Of a DNA stretch of 64,000 bases, positions 62,697 through 64,000 are shown piece by piece. The stretch spans positions 62,001 through 126,000 of the forward strand of contig JADIIX010000048.1 in the NCBI GenBank assembly GCA_027604505.1. The letters are read 5' to 3'. Source of the stretch: Gonapodya sp. JEL0774. Taxonomy: Eukaryota. Below the pieces are notes generated by a model. That model did not search any database and was not told the origin of the DNA. It saw only the letters and a list, made by a program, of their open reading frames with translations. The first letter of the stretch is position 1, and the number at the start of each line of letters is the position of its first letter. Made by a program: the position numbers and the translations under genes.

Positions 62697-64000
62697 ATGC
62701 CGACACCGACCAAGAAGCGGAAAGGAGCTCCATCGAGCCAGGCAACACTCGACCGATTCTTTTCACCTTCCAAGGTTCAAAAGCTGGAAGCTACCAGCTC
62801 TCCTCGTTCTGTTTCAGTGGACATATCCAAGGGTTCGGTACAGCCGGGTGAACCATTCGATGTTGATGAGCTGGACACAGATGTTGATGAGCTGGACACA
62901 GATGTTTCGATCTTGCCTGCTTCCTTGAAGCCGTCTGAAAACGAAGACCGTGTGAATGGAAATGTTGATCCGAAAGCTTCATCTCAAGAACATGTGACCA
63001 TTGGCGTTCACACTTCACCTGCAACACAAACCACGCATTCTGTTAAAGTATCTCTCCAGTCGTACAATGCAGCGGCACTCCCGCATTATTGGAAGACCGG
63101 AGAGCCCGTACCTTTTGGTCAGTGACTTGTTCTGGTGCACTCCACAGAATGAGTCTCAATTGCAGTCTTATCTGGGCCTGCACTGAATTCCCAATTGTCC
63201 TCACCTCGACAGGTTTTCTTGCCAACGCTCTCCGCTCCATATCTCAAGACAAATCTCGTATCGCCACTTCTGACGCCCTCGCCAATGTTCTTCGGAGCGT
63301 GCTCTTCCACCGACCCACTGAAATTCTACCTTCTGTGTACTTACTATCAGGATCCGTTGCTCCCAGCTATGAAGGCGTCGAACTTGGCGTTGGAGGGCAA
63401 GTTGTGGTGAAGGCTGCTAGAGAAGTGAGTGGGGTCTCTGCCGCAGAAGTGAAACGACTGTTCGACGAGAAGGGCGACCTTGGTGACGTTGTGATGGAGA
63501 TGAAGGTGAAACAGACGACTCTTGTGAGTACTATCAAGGCGCCCACCGGTGGGACATCTTCCCCAGACAACTCACATTCCACATCAAATAGTTCAAACTG
63601 CCCCCACTCACTGTGCCCTCCCTGTTCAACGGTCTCCAATCTCTTGCCCTCCTCAAAGGCTCCGGTTCGCAATCTGCAAGACAGCAACGCATTCAACGGC
63701 TCTTTTCTTCGGCGCAAGGAGAAGAACTCCGATGGTTGGCGCGTATTCTGACAGGCAATTTGAGAGCGGGAACGCTGAAGTTGACGCTACTGGGAGCACT
63801 GGCGAAGGCGGTGGTAGCACACAGGCAGTGGGATAAGCCGCTAGGAGGGCAGAGGACGGGCACGTGGAACAAAGTCGCAGAGCAGGCGAAGGAAATGGAA
63901 GCTGTATTGAGGGGCTGTTGGTCGGTGGTGCGGATACCGCGATATGATTTTGTTCCAAGAGGCATACGAGCTCATGATATCTCTTATATTTTTGATAGTG
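62697..64000 (+). CDS. ATP-dependent DNA ligase I family, N-terminal part (runs off the window)
   Basis: N-terminal KKRK plus PIP-box-like QATLDRFF; WKTGEPVPF, KSRIA..LANVLRSV, VYLLSGSVAPSYEGVELGVG, GDLGDV, ELRWLARILTGNLRAG. Confidence 0.88.
62859..62906 (+). repeat. 21-bp in-frame tandem duplication (DVDELDT x2) in the ligase N-terminal region
   Basis: gatgttgatgagctggacaca repeated twice, followed by gatgtt. Confidence 0.85.

Overview
Compact, intron-rich eukaryotic DNA from what looks like an early-diverging, flagellated (zoosporic, chytrid-like) fungus. That assignment is an inference from GT-AG introns of about 45-400 nt, fungal-like housekeeping genes, and the presence of AXDND1-, CCDC148-, TBCK-, APH-1- and severin-like genes. 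By manual splicing I can support about 28 protein-coding genes, in order: APH-1 (partial), a small orphan membrane protein, GalE, RSL1D1/Utp30, Pol5/MYBBP1A, AP-3 beta, a TPP1/Est3-like OB-fold protein, Bst1/PGAP1, a MATE transporter, TBCK, two tandem VPS28-like genes, SYF1, an RNF115/126-like E3, CCDC148-like, PAXX-like, severin, AXDND1-like, FIS1, a DDIAS-like OB/Zn protein, Misato/Dml1, eIF5A, eL20, LSM3, SEC13, TRM8 and a DNA ligase I-family gene (partial). I found no rRNA, tRNA, CRISPR array or intact mobile element. The most interesting items are largely invisible in the ORF track: (1) a tandem pair of divergent VPS28 paralogues, one with a duplicated C-terminal domain; (2) a roughly 1,660-codon TPP1/Est3-like gene whose ATG appears to be split by an intron; (3) a PAXX-like NHEJ factor; (4) a trypanosomatid/bacterial-type GalE; and (5) two intronic H/ACA-like RNA candidates. 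All family calls come from motif recognition by eye, not database searches, and exon boundaries are predictions.
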